Counted from the first letter of the stretch, positions 39,061 through 48,467 are shown. The stretch is DNA of 64,000 nt from an uncultured Nitrospiraceae bacterium (GCA_963730935.1 CAVSTP010000004.1:352001-416000); one strand, 5' to 3'. Notes: generated by a model not told the origin, from the letters alone. Program-made: numbers and translations.

Positions 39061-40764
39061 CTATCTCCGGGCAGCCGTCTCGGCGAATTGCCTCACACTG
39101 TCGTTGTAATCGAACAGCGCTAGCTGCATCTCTCGGATGGATCGATCTCTTGTCGCGAAAGCGATCACCACCTCACGGGTAGGGAAGGCATCGACGATTG
39201 ACGCGAAGGCGCCCATCTGCTGGCGCGCCTGCCGTGGGTCGTATTTCTGGATGTAGGCCTTTGCGATCTCGTTGATGAGCTGATCGAGCGCACCATGCAT
39301 CACGTTTGAAATGAGAATCTTCATGCCTTCGGGGGTGACATAGTTGTAGGCGACTTCGACCAATTGCTTGAAGATCGCACACACGGCCGCACCGGCTTCA
39401 GGGATCAGGCCGCAGGCGGCTTCCACCACGTTGCCGACCGTATCTTTTGAGGTCCCTATTGTGGATACCGCCAGATTCGCGACGAAGGCCCCGGCGCCGG
39501 GCATGTCGCTGTCAACCCATTTGTGGCCGGAGAACCGCAGGATTTCCATGGCAACCTGGATTGCCACTTCTTCCGGCCAAATCTCCTGCTTGTCCAGGGC
39601 GCGCTGCAGGGCAGCCAGCGTTGCCTGCGTCTGCTGGGGATTTCCGAGAGCAGTGGACATCGCTTTGACCTTTTGGGCGACGGACCGGACGTGGCCGGGC
39701 CGTATTAACTGCTCCGCCGCCACCCCGCGAATAATCCGGTCCAGTTCTTTCTGGTTCGGCAGGAGTGATCCCAGACTTCCGCCGGTCGCATCGGATTGCA
39801 TAATCTGGCCGAAAACCTGACTGAGCTGTTGACCGACAGGATCGAGAATCGCCGGCAGAACCTTCGTCTGCAGTAGATTCATCGCTTTGTCCGCAATCTG
39901 CTTCTGGACGTCGCGGGCGAGCTGTTTCATCGCGGGGATATGCGGCTCCATGGCGGCATAGATGCATTTGGCCGAAGGGTCGCGCTCGGCAAGCTTCTTG
40001 AGCGCTCGCACGGAGCGATCGAGCACAAGGTCCACCTGAGGCAGCTTGCCGTTCCTCGCGGATTCCCGTAATCCCGCTAGTTCTTCCTGCATGACCAGAT
40101 CGAAGTTGGTTTCCATCTGACGCCAGACTTCCATCATGATGTAGGGTGGAAACGCCGGCGGATTGGAGGCAAAACGCTGCGTCAGATGGACCATGTCGCG
40201 TTGTGCGGCGGACGCCGCCGTGAGACAGGCGTCCACGGAGTCCAGGTTCATCGTGCCAAGCACGGCGAGCGATTGAAGGTCCTTCTGGAACTTTACGGCC
40301 AGTGGTCCCAGCGGGTTGGCCTTCTGCATATCGGCCAATTGCTGCTGGAGAGTGTCCCTTTGCCGCTCCAGTTGCTTGAGATCCAATTCGACTTTGGCCC
40401 GGGCTTTCGCGGTCTCAATGGCGATTTCTCTCCCGACTCGGTCATTGAGACAGGCCGTTGTTTGATTCATATCGGGTGTGATGCGACAGCCCATAAATGG
40501 TGTCCGCCCCATCGCGTCGATGGAATTACGCAAGTCGTCGATCTGTCCCTTGAGCGGTCGCGTGGCATCTTTGATCATGTCGTCGAATTTATCTTCAAGA
40601 CAGCGTTTGACCGCATTGATGTCCGGCGTAATTTCACACCCGAATACCTTGATCGACCGGCCCTGGATCTCATCGCCGGGCTCGGGCGGGGTCAGCTGTG
40701 ACTGGGCGGGCAGTGGCATGAGGCACAGGACGAAGCCGAGAGCAAGCCGGATGCCATATCTCAT
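39061..40764 (-). CDS. Exported, mainly alpha-helical/coiled-coil hypothetical protein
   Basis: Signal peptide ending AQS; DEIQGRS; duplicated GCxITPDxN...CL unit; heptad-like segment. Confidence 0.7.
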   Translation of the reverse strand: MRYGIRLALGFVLCLMPLPAQSQLTPPEPGDEIQGRSIKVFGCEITPDINAVKRCLEDKFDDMIKDATRPLKGQIDDLRNSIDAMGRTPFMGCRITPDMNQTTACLNDRVGREIAIETAKARAKVELDLKQLERQRDTLQQQLADMQKANPLGPLAVKFQKDLQSLAVLGTMNLDSVDACLTAASAAQRDMVHLTQRFASNPPAFPPYIMMEVWRQMETNFDLVMQEELAGLRESARNGKLPQVDLVLDRSVRALKKLAERDPSAKCIYAAMEPHIPAMKQLARDVQKQIADKAMNLLQTKVLPAILDPVGQQLSQVFGQIMQSDATGGSLGSLLPNQKELDRIIRGVAAEQLIRPGHVRSVAQKVKAMSTALGNPQQTQATLAALQRALDKQEIWPEEVAIQVAMEILRFSGHKWVDSDMPGAGAFVANLAVSTIGTSKDTVGNVVEAACGLIPEAGAAVCAIFKQLVEVAYNYVTPEGMKILISNVMHGALDQLINEIAKAYIQKYDPRQARQQMGAFASIVDAFPTREVVIAFATRDRSIREMQLALFDYNDSVRQFAETAARR

Positions 40765-40820
40765 ACAAGTCTCCCGAATGATCGTGTGACGTTCGCTGTG
40801 AACACTGTTTGAAATAGTTG

Positions 40821-41630
40821 CTAGTTGCCTTGTATCGATGGGTTACCGGTCGTCACGTATCCGAGCGGCTGCCCTGGTATCTGGACCTGGCTGCCGACGG
40901 TGACAAGTGGCTTTCCACCGCCGTTGTGTCTGATGAGACCGCCCTTGAGATCCAGTGTTTGTGTCCCCTCCATCCATGCCGTTGATGTCGCTTTGATTGC
41001 AGCGGAGCCCGCACTCTTGACATCGAACGAGGTACCGGCCTCGATCGCCACGAGCCTTTTTGAATTAATGTTGATGGTCTCAAGACCAAAAATCGACAAG
41101 TTTGGAGCCTGAAGGACGGCGCCTGTCGGCGTCACTTTGAGCACCGATTGGAGAGCAGCGACTTGACCGGTAAGGGCCTGAACCTGTTGTTCGAGGAACG
41201 CCACTCGTTGCTCCAGCGGGAGTGGTGCAGTACCGGCTCTCGCTCCGGCACTGGGTGCTCCGCCTGCTGCTCCGGGAAAGGCTCCAGCTGCCGCGCCACC
41301 GGAGGCACCCCCGCCAGCTGAAGCTCCAGCGCCGGCCGCTGCTCCGCCAGCAGCAGCACCTGGTGCTGCTCCCCCTGCCGCTGCACCCCCTGAAGCGGCC
41401 GCTCCTGCTGCACCGCCCGTAGCGGCCCCTGCCGTGGCGCCGCCCATGGCTGCTCCGCCGGACGCGCCTCCTCCCGATTTGCTGCCGGCCGACGCACCCG
41501 CCGATAGGCCTCCTGCAGCAGCGCCAGGCACCGCACGTTCACTCACCTCATCCGCCGCTTCGCCTAGGGAGATTGGGATACACAGAGCCGTGCAGATCAG
41601 GATCGGCCGTAACAGTCGCATGAGCACCAT
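40821..41630 (-). CDS. Exported protein: Gly/Ala-rich linker, coiled coil and spike C-terminal/PAAR-like end
   Basis: Signal peptide; DEVSERAV; LEQRVAFLEQQVQAL; beta-repeat ending LDLKGGLIRHNGGGKPLVTVGSQV...VTTGNPSIQGN. Confidence 0.6.
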   Translation of the reverse strand: MVLMRLLRPILICTALCIPISLGEAADEVSERAVPGAAAGGLSAGASAGSKSGGGASGGAAMGGATAGAATGGAAGAAASGGAAAGGAAPGAAAGGAAAGAGASAGGGASGGAAAGAFPGAAGGAPSAGARAGTAPLPLEQRVAFLEQQVQALTGQVAALQSVLKVTPTGAVLQAPNLSIFGLETININSKRLVAIEAGTSFDVKSAGSAAIKATSTAWMEGTQTLDLKGGLIRHNGGGKPLVTVGSQVQIPGQPLGYVTTGNPSIQGN

Positions 41631-41770
41631 CCTTCCCGCGTCGAGTGTCTATGGGGTGGTGGGTTTCCTCAGTCCATAAGGCTGCTCCTAAAGGACCGCT
41701 TCCTTGCCGGAATACTTCGCGACGAGCGGTATTGGCCTGGACCCAGGAAGGTATTGGGACCATCGGCCGT

Positions 41771-41902
41771 TTAAAAATACAGATTCTGCTCGAAGGCGAC
41801 GACGTTCAGATCGGGTGGGACTGGTTTGGATGCTTGGTCCGTGGCGCATCCGGCGAACAAACCGACCACGACGACCGCTCGACACCATCGTTGTTTCATC
41901 AT
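41771..41902 (-). pseudogene. Truncated lipoprotein remnant (MMKQRWCRAVVVVGLFAGC...), below the track length cut-off
   Basis: GGAGG RBS and lipobox FAGC; sequence across the TAA (LYF*TADGPNTFLGPGQY) resembles VHFLAPDGTDVVVEAGTY of the 43205 protein. Confidence 0.5.
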
Positions 41903-41994
41903 CGCCTCCCTGGCCCACGACCATTGTCTTCCGCAGTTTTATATCCTGCCATCCTCATGGGTATCGTTCCTGGCCGGAACTCCATGAAATTCCC

Positions 41995-43017
41995 TCACGC
42001 GACTTTGCCTGGAGTCAACGTAATCTGCTCGCAGTACATCTCGACCTTGACGCGCCTGATGGTGTCGCTGGCGCTTGTTGCCCTGTCAGGAGAGAATCCG
42101 AAAATCCCCAGGTGCTGGAACGTCACGGTCAGGAGTGTGCCTTTCATGGTTGGATCCAGAAGTTCCAACGTCCCGACTCGCTCGTTTTGCTCTCCGGAAT
42201 TGCCTTTGAGCACCATATCTTGGAACCAGGAGTAAAACGTACCGGCTGATGCTTCACCGACATAGAGACTCAGGTTCGGAAACTCCAGCTTGCCGGGTTC
42301 CTTGACAAAATCACGTATTTGGCCAAGAGGATCCTGCACGACCTTCTGCTTGATCGTGAAGGCGTCGATCTTGCTGACTCTGCTACAGTCGAGGCCTGGA
42401 ATCGTCAGTTTGAAATTCGCCGTCAGCCAGCCTTTCGTTCTCTTGGCGAGCAACCCGGACACATCGTTCCCTTTGCCCGACAGCAGTGTCGTAAATTCCG
42501 GAGCGAATTTCACGGTGAGATGTCCGGGGTCTTTCGAACTAGCATCGAAGGCCGGAAAGGCGATTTCGGAGATCACGGCGTTGTTGAACTGCAACCGGCT
42601 TTGCTCCTTGCGATTGAAGTCCGCGGTAATAAGTGCGCCGGTTTTTCTTAATGGAGTCATGTTGAGCGCGCTGTTCACCCAATCGAAAAGCGGTTTGGGC
42701 ATGACGGGATCGCACTCGATGGCGATCTCCTCGAACCTTGGCTGACCGATGTGTTTTTTGACGAAAGGTGCTGTCGGCTCAGCGATCACATCGGCTTTTG
42801 GAAAGCCACCCTCGGCCGCGTTCAGCGTCTCGACGATCTGTCCGTCGAGTTCGAGCAGGAACCCTCCGACGGCATAGTTGCGCTGCAGGGCCGCGTGGGT
42901 GAGCCCAGGCCTGAGACCGGGAATTCCGAAAACCGCCATGCCGCCCGCCAAGAGCCCTGCACGAGTCAAGAATTCCCGGCGCGAAGGCGGACCGTCTTGC
43001 GATTGCCCGTTATCCAT
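41995..43017 (-). CDS. Tandem phage tail-tube (T4 gp19 / Afp1-5-like) protein with Tat signal peptide
   Basis: SRREFLTRAGLLAGG...THAA; two repeats each with F.L.[LI].G, P..F.xI/L, [FL].xW, R.xG.L and a terminal V.hxxE. Confidence 0.75.
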   Translation of the reverse strand: MDNGQSQDGPPSRREFLTRAGLLAGGMAVFGIPGLRPGLTHAALQRNYAVGGFLLELDGQIVETLNAAEGGFPKADVIAEPTAPFVKKHIGQPRFEEIAIECDPVMPKPLFDWVNSALNMTPLRKTGALITADFNRKEQSRLQFNNAVISEIAFPAFDASSKDPGHLTVKFAPEFTTLLSGKGNDVSGLLAKRTKGWLTANFKLTIPGLDCSRVSKIDAFTIKQKVVQDPLGQIRDFVKEPGKLEFPNLSLYVGEASAGTFYSWFQDMVLKGNSGEQNERVGTLELLDPTMKGTLLTVTFQHLGIFGFSPDRATSASDTIRRVKVEMYCEQITLTPGKVA

Positions 43018-43055
43018 GAAAGTCCCTCCGTGAAGTTTATGCCCACGTGTCTTAG

Positions 43056-43081
43056 CTCGAACGAATACCTCTGGCGGTTCG
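43056..43081 (-). promoter_or_regulatory. Degenerate ECF-type promoter CGAACC-N16-CGAG
   Basis: Two mismatches, exact spacer, 38 nt upstream of the Tat tube gene. Confidence 0.4.
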
Positions 43082-43204
43082 ATTGCCCGTTCCTACTTTG
43101 TCCAGATCCTCATTTCCGCTACTCGATTCTCTAATCGTGCGGTGGAATCGTCACCGTGGTCAGCGGACTCGTCCTGGTGCCTGGAACGAGTTTCCCGATA
43201 CCTC

Positions 43205-44833
43205 TCATGGACATGTGGTCGTCAGCCTGGTGTAGAGCTCATCCAGATTGATGCGGTCCGTTCGATCGTCGGCGAGGACGGTTTGGCCGGTAGCCAACTT
43301 AATTTCCTTGGACCAGCCTCTGGGCACGTTTCCATGACGGTACCCGCGCGCTTTCGCATCGGCCGCGTAGCGGTTGCGAAGATATTTTGTGCTGAAATTT
43401 CCGAGATTGCTGAAATAGTGCGCGGTGAGGTGCGCGGGATCGAGTGCCATCTCGCCGACGTATGAAGGACCGTCGTCCTGATCGTCCCATCCCCAGGGCG
43501 GGTGCGGCGAGTCGGTCGAACACTCGACGGTCACCCCGTTGCCGCAGCCCCCGCCCTTATCGCCTTTGAAGGCTCCCCACCGTGCGAAGGTCTGGGCCTG
43601 GTCCCGTGATAATGTAGCCTCGCTGAGTTGCTGCTGCCAGAGTCCATTGGACGCAAAAAAGTCGATCAGCATGTAGTCCACCTGCCGGTCGTTTCCAGAT
43701 TGCGGGATCTCGGCCCTACTTCTTGAAGGAAAGTAGATGATGCCGTCCTCATTCGGCTTGCCGTGGAAATCAGAGGTGAAGGGAAAAGCTTTGAGCCCAT
43801 GTCCTTTGGCCTGCTGCACAGTCAACGGATGCCACGCACCATCATGCTGCTGTAGGGTAAGCGTCCCGTCGATGTTTTCGTGGCCGTTTTGAAGTTGGCT
43901 GCCGGCAGGGACGAACGAATAGAAATCGTTGTGGAAGACCGTCACCATTCCTTCAAGGCGCCCGTACGGGGTTCCGTCCTTTCGGACGATCGTCAACTGG
44001 CCTTCCATGTCGTTCTCATGTTCCTGATCGAAGCTGGAATCGGTCCAATCGCGTGGATGAAAAAATCCATAGGCGATGAACCAGTGGGTGCAGGTTTCCA
44101 CAACCGAATAATACGCGTGGGCGGCCAACGGGAACCTGGTGAGATTTTCCCAGTTGTCGGTGGCGATCATGTTCCCGTCATAATCGAATCGAGTAATGTA
44201 ATCGGCCCGATAGTTCGTGCTGTCCGTATCCTGATAATGGATGGGAGCGTAGCGGTAGGCGAGATCATAATCGGTCGGTCCCCGAATACCCACGACCGGC
44301 GCCTGCTTCAGTACGGCTAACTGAATCTGCGAGGCGGAAAGGAGCGCGGGGTTCACGCCGCGTGCGCGGGTTCCGGAAAGAGATCCTACGGCATCCAACG
44401 CCCGTCCTTCCGGCAGCACAACCACGGCGTGGACAAGATCCATGTTCTCGTCCGGCACCGCAAGGGCGATGGGTTGATCGATCCTTTCATCATGCTTCAC
44501 GGTCTGGGCCTCGAGCGCAATTGAAGCCTGCCCCTGGGCGGTCAGCGTGATCTGGGAGGTCTGAGACGTGTCAGCCGTATACGTGCCGGCCTCCACGACG
44601 ACATCCGTGCCGTCCGGTGCCAGAAAATGAACCCGCCGCTCCAGAGTGAGGGAAGGCATTGTGGGTATACCTCTCGCCGACTCAGAGGCGACCTTCGCAT
44701 CGGAGTGAGTAGGGGGTGCCTGTTCAGTAGTTTCCGGAACCACAGGCTCCTCGGCTAGACCGACCCCCGGCATAAGGAGCCACATCATGACTAACGCCAG
44801 GCTGCAACGCAGCCTCATACGGGAAAGATTCAT
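43205..44833 (-). CDS. Exported two-domain protein; C-terminal domain is NPP1/Vps62-like (tentative)
   Basis: Signal peptide ending GLA; LAYRYAPIHYQD, YYSVVET..HWFIAYGFFHPRDW, EHENDMEG. Confidence 0.6.
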   Translation of the reverse strand: MNLSRMRLRCSLALVMMWLLMPGVGLAEEPVVPETTEQAPPTHSDAKVASESARGIPTMPSLTLERRVHFLAPDGTDVVVEAGTYTADTSQTSQITLTAQGQASIALEAQTVKHDERIDQPIALAVPDENMDLVHAVVVLPEGRALDAVGSLSGTRARGVNPALLSASQIQLAVLKQAPVVGIRGPTDYDLAYRYAPIHYQDTDSTNYRADYITRFDYDGNMIATDNWENLTRFPLAAHAYYSVVETCTHWFIAYGFFHPRDWTDSSFDQEHENDMEGQLTIVRKDGTPYGRLEGMVTVFHNDFYSFVPAGSQLQNGHENIDGTLTLQQHDGAWHPLTVQQAKGHGLKAFPFTSDFHGKPNEDGIIYFPSRSRAEIPQSGNDRQVDYMLIDFFASNGLWQQQLSEATLSRDQAQTFARWGAFKGDKGGGCGNGVTVECSTDSPHPPWGWDDQDDGPSYVGEMALDPAHLTAHYFSNLGNFSTKYLRNRYAADAKARGYRHGNVPRGWSKEIKLATGQTVLADDRTDRINLDELYTRLTTTCP

Positions 44834-44942
44834 CACAGCTCGTCCTCCATTTGCAATCAGCATCGATTGAGATGCCTGATCGTTGGTCCTCGTCACGGGA
44901 AAACCAGCTCTCCAGTGAAGGCCCCGGCGTTTGTCGTACCGG

Positions 44943-46370
44943 CTATTTGGTCTCACTGGGCTTTTCTACTTGCTCTGTTGCCATGCCTTCAGAAGGATCA
45001 AAGGGGCTCGGCTGCACAATTTCCGGCTCTTCCGTCTTACCCTCCTCAACACCGCGGCTCATGACGGCCATGTTGGCCCCGGTAATAGCTCCTGTTGCTG
45101 CAACAAAACCCGACGACACTTGGCAGGTGAATTCACGTGACGTACCGGCCGGGAGCGAACCAAAGAAACTGGCGAGATTGCCGGAAACGGGAAGTGACTG
45201 TACCTGCGAGCCGCTTGACGTGGTGGTTCTCATGGTGAATCCGGTGAGCTGGGGCGGCCCGAATTTTGACGAGGTTTGATTCTTATCGAGGGTACACATG
45301 ACGGTCTGCGTCTGACCGGCTTCGCACAGGGCGCCTTCTTCGACGCCGACGACGTTGAGCGGACCAACGAGGTTCGCGCCGCTCGGATTGAAGCAGGCAA
45401 CCACCATCGTTCCACGCGCGGAGCTGCCACTCCAACGCAGGCGGGTGTTACCCGTCAGTGAGGCATCATTCATCCCCATCTTCTGTAGAATCCAGCCGCG
45501 GAAATTATAGACATCCGTGAACGTGGCTTCACCGGTTGGGGTCTTACAATCGCTGACCGTTCCTTGCGAGGCGATCCCCCGGACCGTTGCGCGTCCATAC
45601 TCTACGGTGACGAAGCCCGATCCACTGTCGCCCTCACACAACGATGCGTTGGCTGCCGCCGCTGTAATGTAGAACTTTGGGGGGAAGCTGTCTGGCCCAA
45701 TAGGAGCTCGGAAAATGGCGAACTGTCCAGCCGGCGTATTGAGATTGTGACTGAAGTTGGCGACGGTTCCCACCACGCCTGCATGGCGCGAATCTCTCGG
45801 CAAGCCGACGGTTTGGATATAGGGGGTGATCGAAAAGGGCTGTGGCAGCTTGATCAGCGCGATGTCGTTGGCCTGATCGCTGGAAGGTGAATACTGCTCA
45901 TGGACGTAAATACCGCCTGAGCCGGAACCTGTCTGGCGAGTCTCTGTTTGACTCTGGTTGGTGTATGGATCGGTACGGGTGTAGGTGACTTTGGCGCCGC
46001 TGATCTGCACGCAATGAGCGGCGGTCAACACCCATCGTGGATCGAGGAGCACGCCTCGGCACGATAATCTCGATTGCACGCTGACGACCCAGGGATATCT
46101 GTAATCGGGTTCGAAAATACCACCGGTGGGCGGCAGCACGATCGGCGTAGGGGCGCTCGGTGCCGGTGGCGGAGCCGTTTTTGACGGCAGCCTACCTGTA
46201 TCAAGCTGGGCGCGGCTCACCGCACGTTCCTGAACTGCGTTGGGGTCGCCAGACGGCGCCGATGACGTCGCCGGATCGCCTGCGCAGCCGCTGACGAGCC
46301 CGGCAATCAAAATCGCTGTTGCCGACAGAGACACCGCTTGCTTTGCCTTCTGACGTTCAGCCGAAATCAT
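44943..46370 (-). CDS. Lipoprotein S1-family (trypsin-fold) serine protease
   Basis: Lipobox VSGC; WVLTAAHC, NDIALIKL, LCEGDSGSG triad. Confidence 0.9.
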   Translation of the reverse strand: MISAERQKAKQAVSLSATAILIAGLVSGCAGDPATSSAPSGDPNAVQERAVSRAQLDTGRLPSKTAPPPAPSAPTPIVLPPTGGIFEPDYRYPWVVSVQSRLSCRGVLLDPRWVLTAAHCVQISGAKVTYTRTDPYTNQSQTETRQTGSGSGGIYVHEQYSPSSDQANDIALIKLPQPFSITPYIQTVGLPRDSRHAGVVGTVANFSHNLNTPAGQFAIFRAPIGPDSFPPKFYITAAAANASLCEGDSGSGFVTVEYGRATVRGIASQGTVSDCKTPTGEATFTDVYNFRGWILQKMGMNDASLTGNTRLRWSGSSARGTMVVACFNPSGANLVGPLNVVGVEEGALCEAGQTQTVMCTLDKNQTSSKFGPPQLTGFTMRTTTSSGSQVQSLPVSGNLASFFGSLPAGTSREFTCQVSSGFVAATGAITGANMAVMSRGVEEGKTEEPEIVQPSPFDPSEGMATEQVEKPSETK

Positions 46371-46454
46371 AAGAACCTCCTTCTTCGAGACACATAAGAA
46401 CGATTTGTCAGCGTCAGATTCACACCGTGTGATGAAGCTGACCAGCAAGAGCAC

Positions 46455-47045
46455 TCACTGCTTTCCTGAAATAGTTCCTTTCGGGTACGAGCAGGTGCCG
46501 GTACATGTATCACCGTCCCCTTTGTGACATGTAGAGGTCTTTCCGTCTTTGGACGTGACCGAGCAGCTTCCTTGTCCGCCATCGCATGAACAGCTCATCA
46601 TCACGTTGCCAGGCTGTGATGCCAGTGCGGCTGACTCATCCCCCTGGCCAGAAGGTGTTTGGGTCTCGCCCTCAACCCCTCGGCTCATGACCGAAAGGTT
46701 GGTGTTTGGAATCGTACTGAGCATCGCCCTGGTCCCACCAGGTTTGTAGGCTCCACAATACTTAGTTGTCCCAGATATCGTGGCGCCATTTTCGTCTGTG
46801 CCCGTACATGGTCGATTGTTATACATTCCACAAGCGACCCCTGCACTGTTCCTAATGTCGAGGATCGTTCCAAAACCAGACGCAGGTGTGTAACAGGCAC
46901 AGGCACATTCGTTGTAAATCGGGTCCTTAGGTTTGGCGTAAGTGACGTCCGGCGCGACGATGGTCAATCCCACTCCGACTCCGACCGTCAATACCAGAAA
47001 GAATCTCAAAACCCCCTGGCTGCCATGTTGCGTTCTAAGTAACAT
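46455..47045 (-). CDS. Exported protein with two Cys-rich mini-domains
   Basis: AAGGAGG RBS; signal peptide; 11 Cys; SVMSRGVEGE separates the two domains. Confidence 0.7.
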   Translation of the reverse strand: MLLRTQHGSQGVLRFFLVLTVGVGVGLTIVAPDVTYAKPKDPIYNECACACYTPASGFGTILDIRNSAGVACGMYNNRPCTGTDENGATISGTTKYCGAYKPGGTRAMLSTIPNTNLSVMSRGVEGETQTPSGQGDESAALASQPGNVMMSCSCDGGQGSCSVTSKDGKTSTCHKGDGDTCTGTCSYPKGTISGKQ

Positions 47046-47237
47046 GATGATCCTCCTTCATCGAAAGGTTGCAGCGTGACGCATCTCTCTCGCTGTGGCA
47101 ACTCACTTACCTTCAAGCTCGTGCATTTGATCTGCCAATCCTCAACCTCGATCAGAATTGATCCAACGTCATCAGCGTGCCGATGATGCGGTAGTTAATG
47201 CGCCCTTTGCACCCACGGTATCGACCTGTGACTTCAC

Positions 47238-48467
47238 TCATCGAAGAACCGGCGGTGACGCCAAGCCATACACCACCAATTGAAACTTTTCATTTGCTGT
47301 CGCAGCTCCGTCTCTGCGGGTCGTGAGCAACATGTAGCCATTCGGATCCTTGAAAATGCCGACAAAGAAGCCGCTCGAGGTTTGAATGGCATACGTGCAA
47401 TTTCCCTGATCGATGACTCGGAATTTCTCCCAGGCTTTGACCTGCGTCGCATCGGTATGGAAAACCGTGGTGAAACCGCCGATGCAAGCGCTGAAGAGCC
47501 CACAATCCGGGGGAAGGTATTTCTGAACCTGCCCGCCGCCGCCAGTGGCCGTCACGTAATTCCTGCCGTTCGCTGTCTGAAGCGCATACGTACCGTCCCC
47601 TTGATTGATAAATTTGAACTTCGTCTCCATGGTCGTCGGATTACTCAGCAAGATGGCTTCAGTCGTCTGCCCCCCACTACTCCGGGCCCAGAAGAACCCG
47701 CCGTTGGCTGCCATGACGCCATACTCCTGTCCCGATTCCAAGTCGCCGCATTTCACGATCCTGAACTGTTCCCAGGCTTTGATTTGAGTGGCATCCGTAT
47801 GGATCGCATCCTGATATTTTCCGCCACCCCCGACGGCTGTCAGATAATTGCTCTTTATAGTCTGTATGCCATAGTAGGCAGGGACCGCGGGTATGCCGAC
47901 CCCTAGATCGAGGAGGCGGAATCGTTCCCAGTCTTTGGCCTGCGTCGCATCCGTATGAAGGACGTTCGCGGTCATCCCGCCGCCATTCACCGCAGTGACA
48001 AAGTTTCCGGTGGGCGCCGTTTGCACCGTCTTGTCGTGCGGCGAGGGAGGCGTTGCAATGGCCAATTTGAATTTTTCCCAGGGACCCGCAGATGTGGCGC
48101 TGGTAATGACGGTCGGATCTCCGCTCCGTCCGCCGCCGTTGATTGCCGTGAGGTAGTAGCCTTTCTGAGTCCGAAATGCGAATTCGCCCGGGTAGGCGCT
48201 TGCGGCAGGGGTGACAAGAACACCCTGCACGGCCATGCCGGAGGCAAGTGCACCTGGTGCAATCTTACTCACTCCACGCTCTTGCACTTCACCGGACAAT
48301 TCGGAAGGTTGCGACTCCTGACGTGCCGAGGGTTCGGCTGGAATCACGGGAACTTCCATGACGGACAGATCTGCGCGCTCAGCCGGAGCTTGCTCCGTCG
48401 TCGTACAGCCGTTCGTGAAGAAACACAAACCGATCAGGAGCAGCGGCGTGAGTATCCTGGCTTTCAT
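47238..48467 (-). CDS. Lipoprotein with fascin-like beta-trefoil repeats
   Basis: Lipobox TNGC; repeated [YF][LV]TAxxGGG...HTDATQxKxWE[KRQ]F; GEVQERG. Confidence 0.8.
   Translation of the reverse strand: MKARILTPLLLIGLCFFTNGCTTTEQAPAERADLSVMEVPVIPAEPSARQESQPSELSGEVQERGVSKIAPGALASGMAVQGVLVTPAASAYPGEFAFRTQKGYYLTAINGGGRSGDPTVITSATSAGPWEKFKLAIATPPSPHDKTVQTAPTGNFVTAVNGGGMTANVLHTDATQAKDWERFRLLDLGVGIPAVPAYYGIQTIKSNYLTAVGGGGKYQDAIHTDATQIKAWEQFRIVKCGDLESGQEYGVMAANGGFFWARSSGGQTTEAILLSNPTTMETKFKFINQGDGTYALQTANGRNYVTATGGGGQVQKYLPPDCGLFSACIGGFTTVFHTDATQVKAWEKFRVIDQGNCTYAIQTSSGFFVGIFKDPNGYMLLTTRRDGAATANEKFQLVVYGLASPPVLR

Noticed and set aside
32825..43017. Complete type VI secretion system, eCIS or prophage
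   Set aside because: No sheath, baseplate, membrane complex, ATPase, capsid, terminase or integrase genes are in the window.
44943..46370. S1 protease as the Arg-motif processing enzyme
   Set aside because: It lacks the Asp at the trypsin-189 position (SLC instead of DSC). Not excluded experimentally, but less likely than the C14 enzymes.
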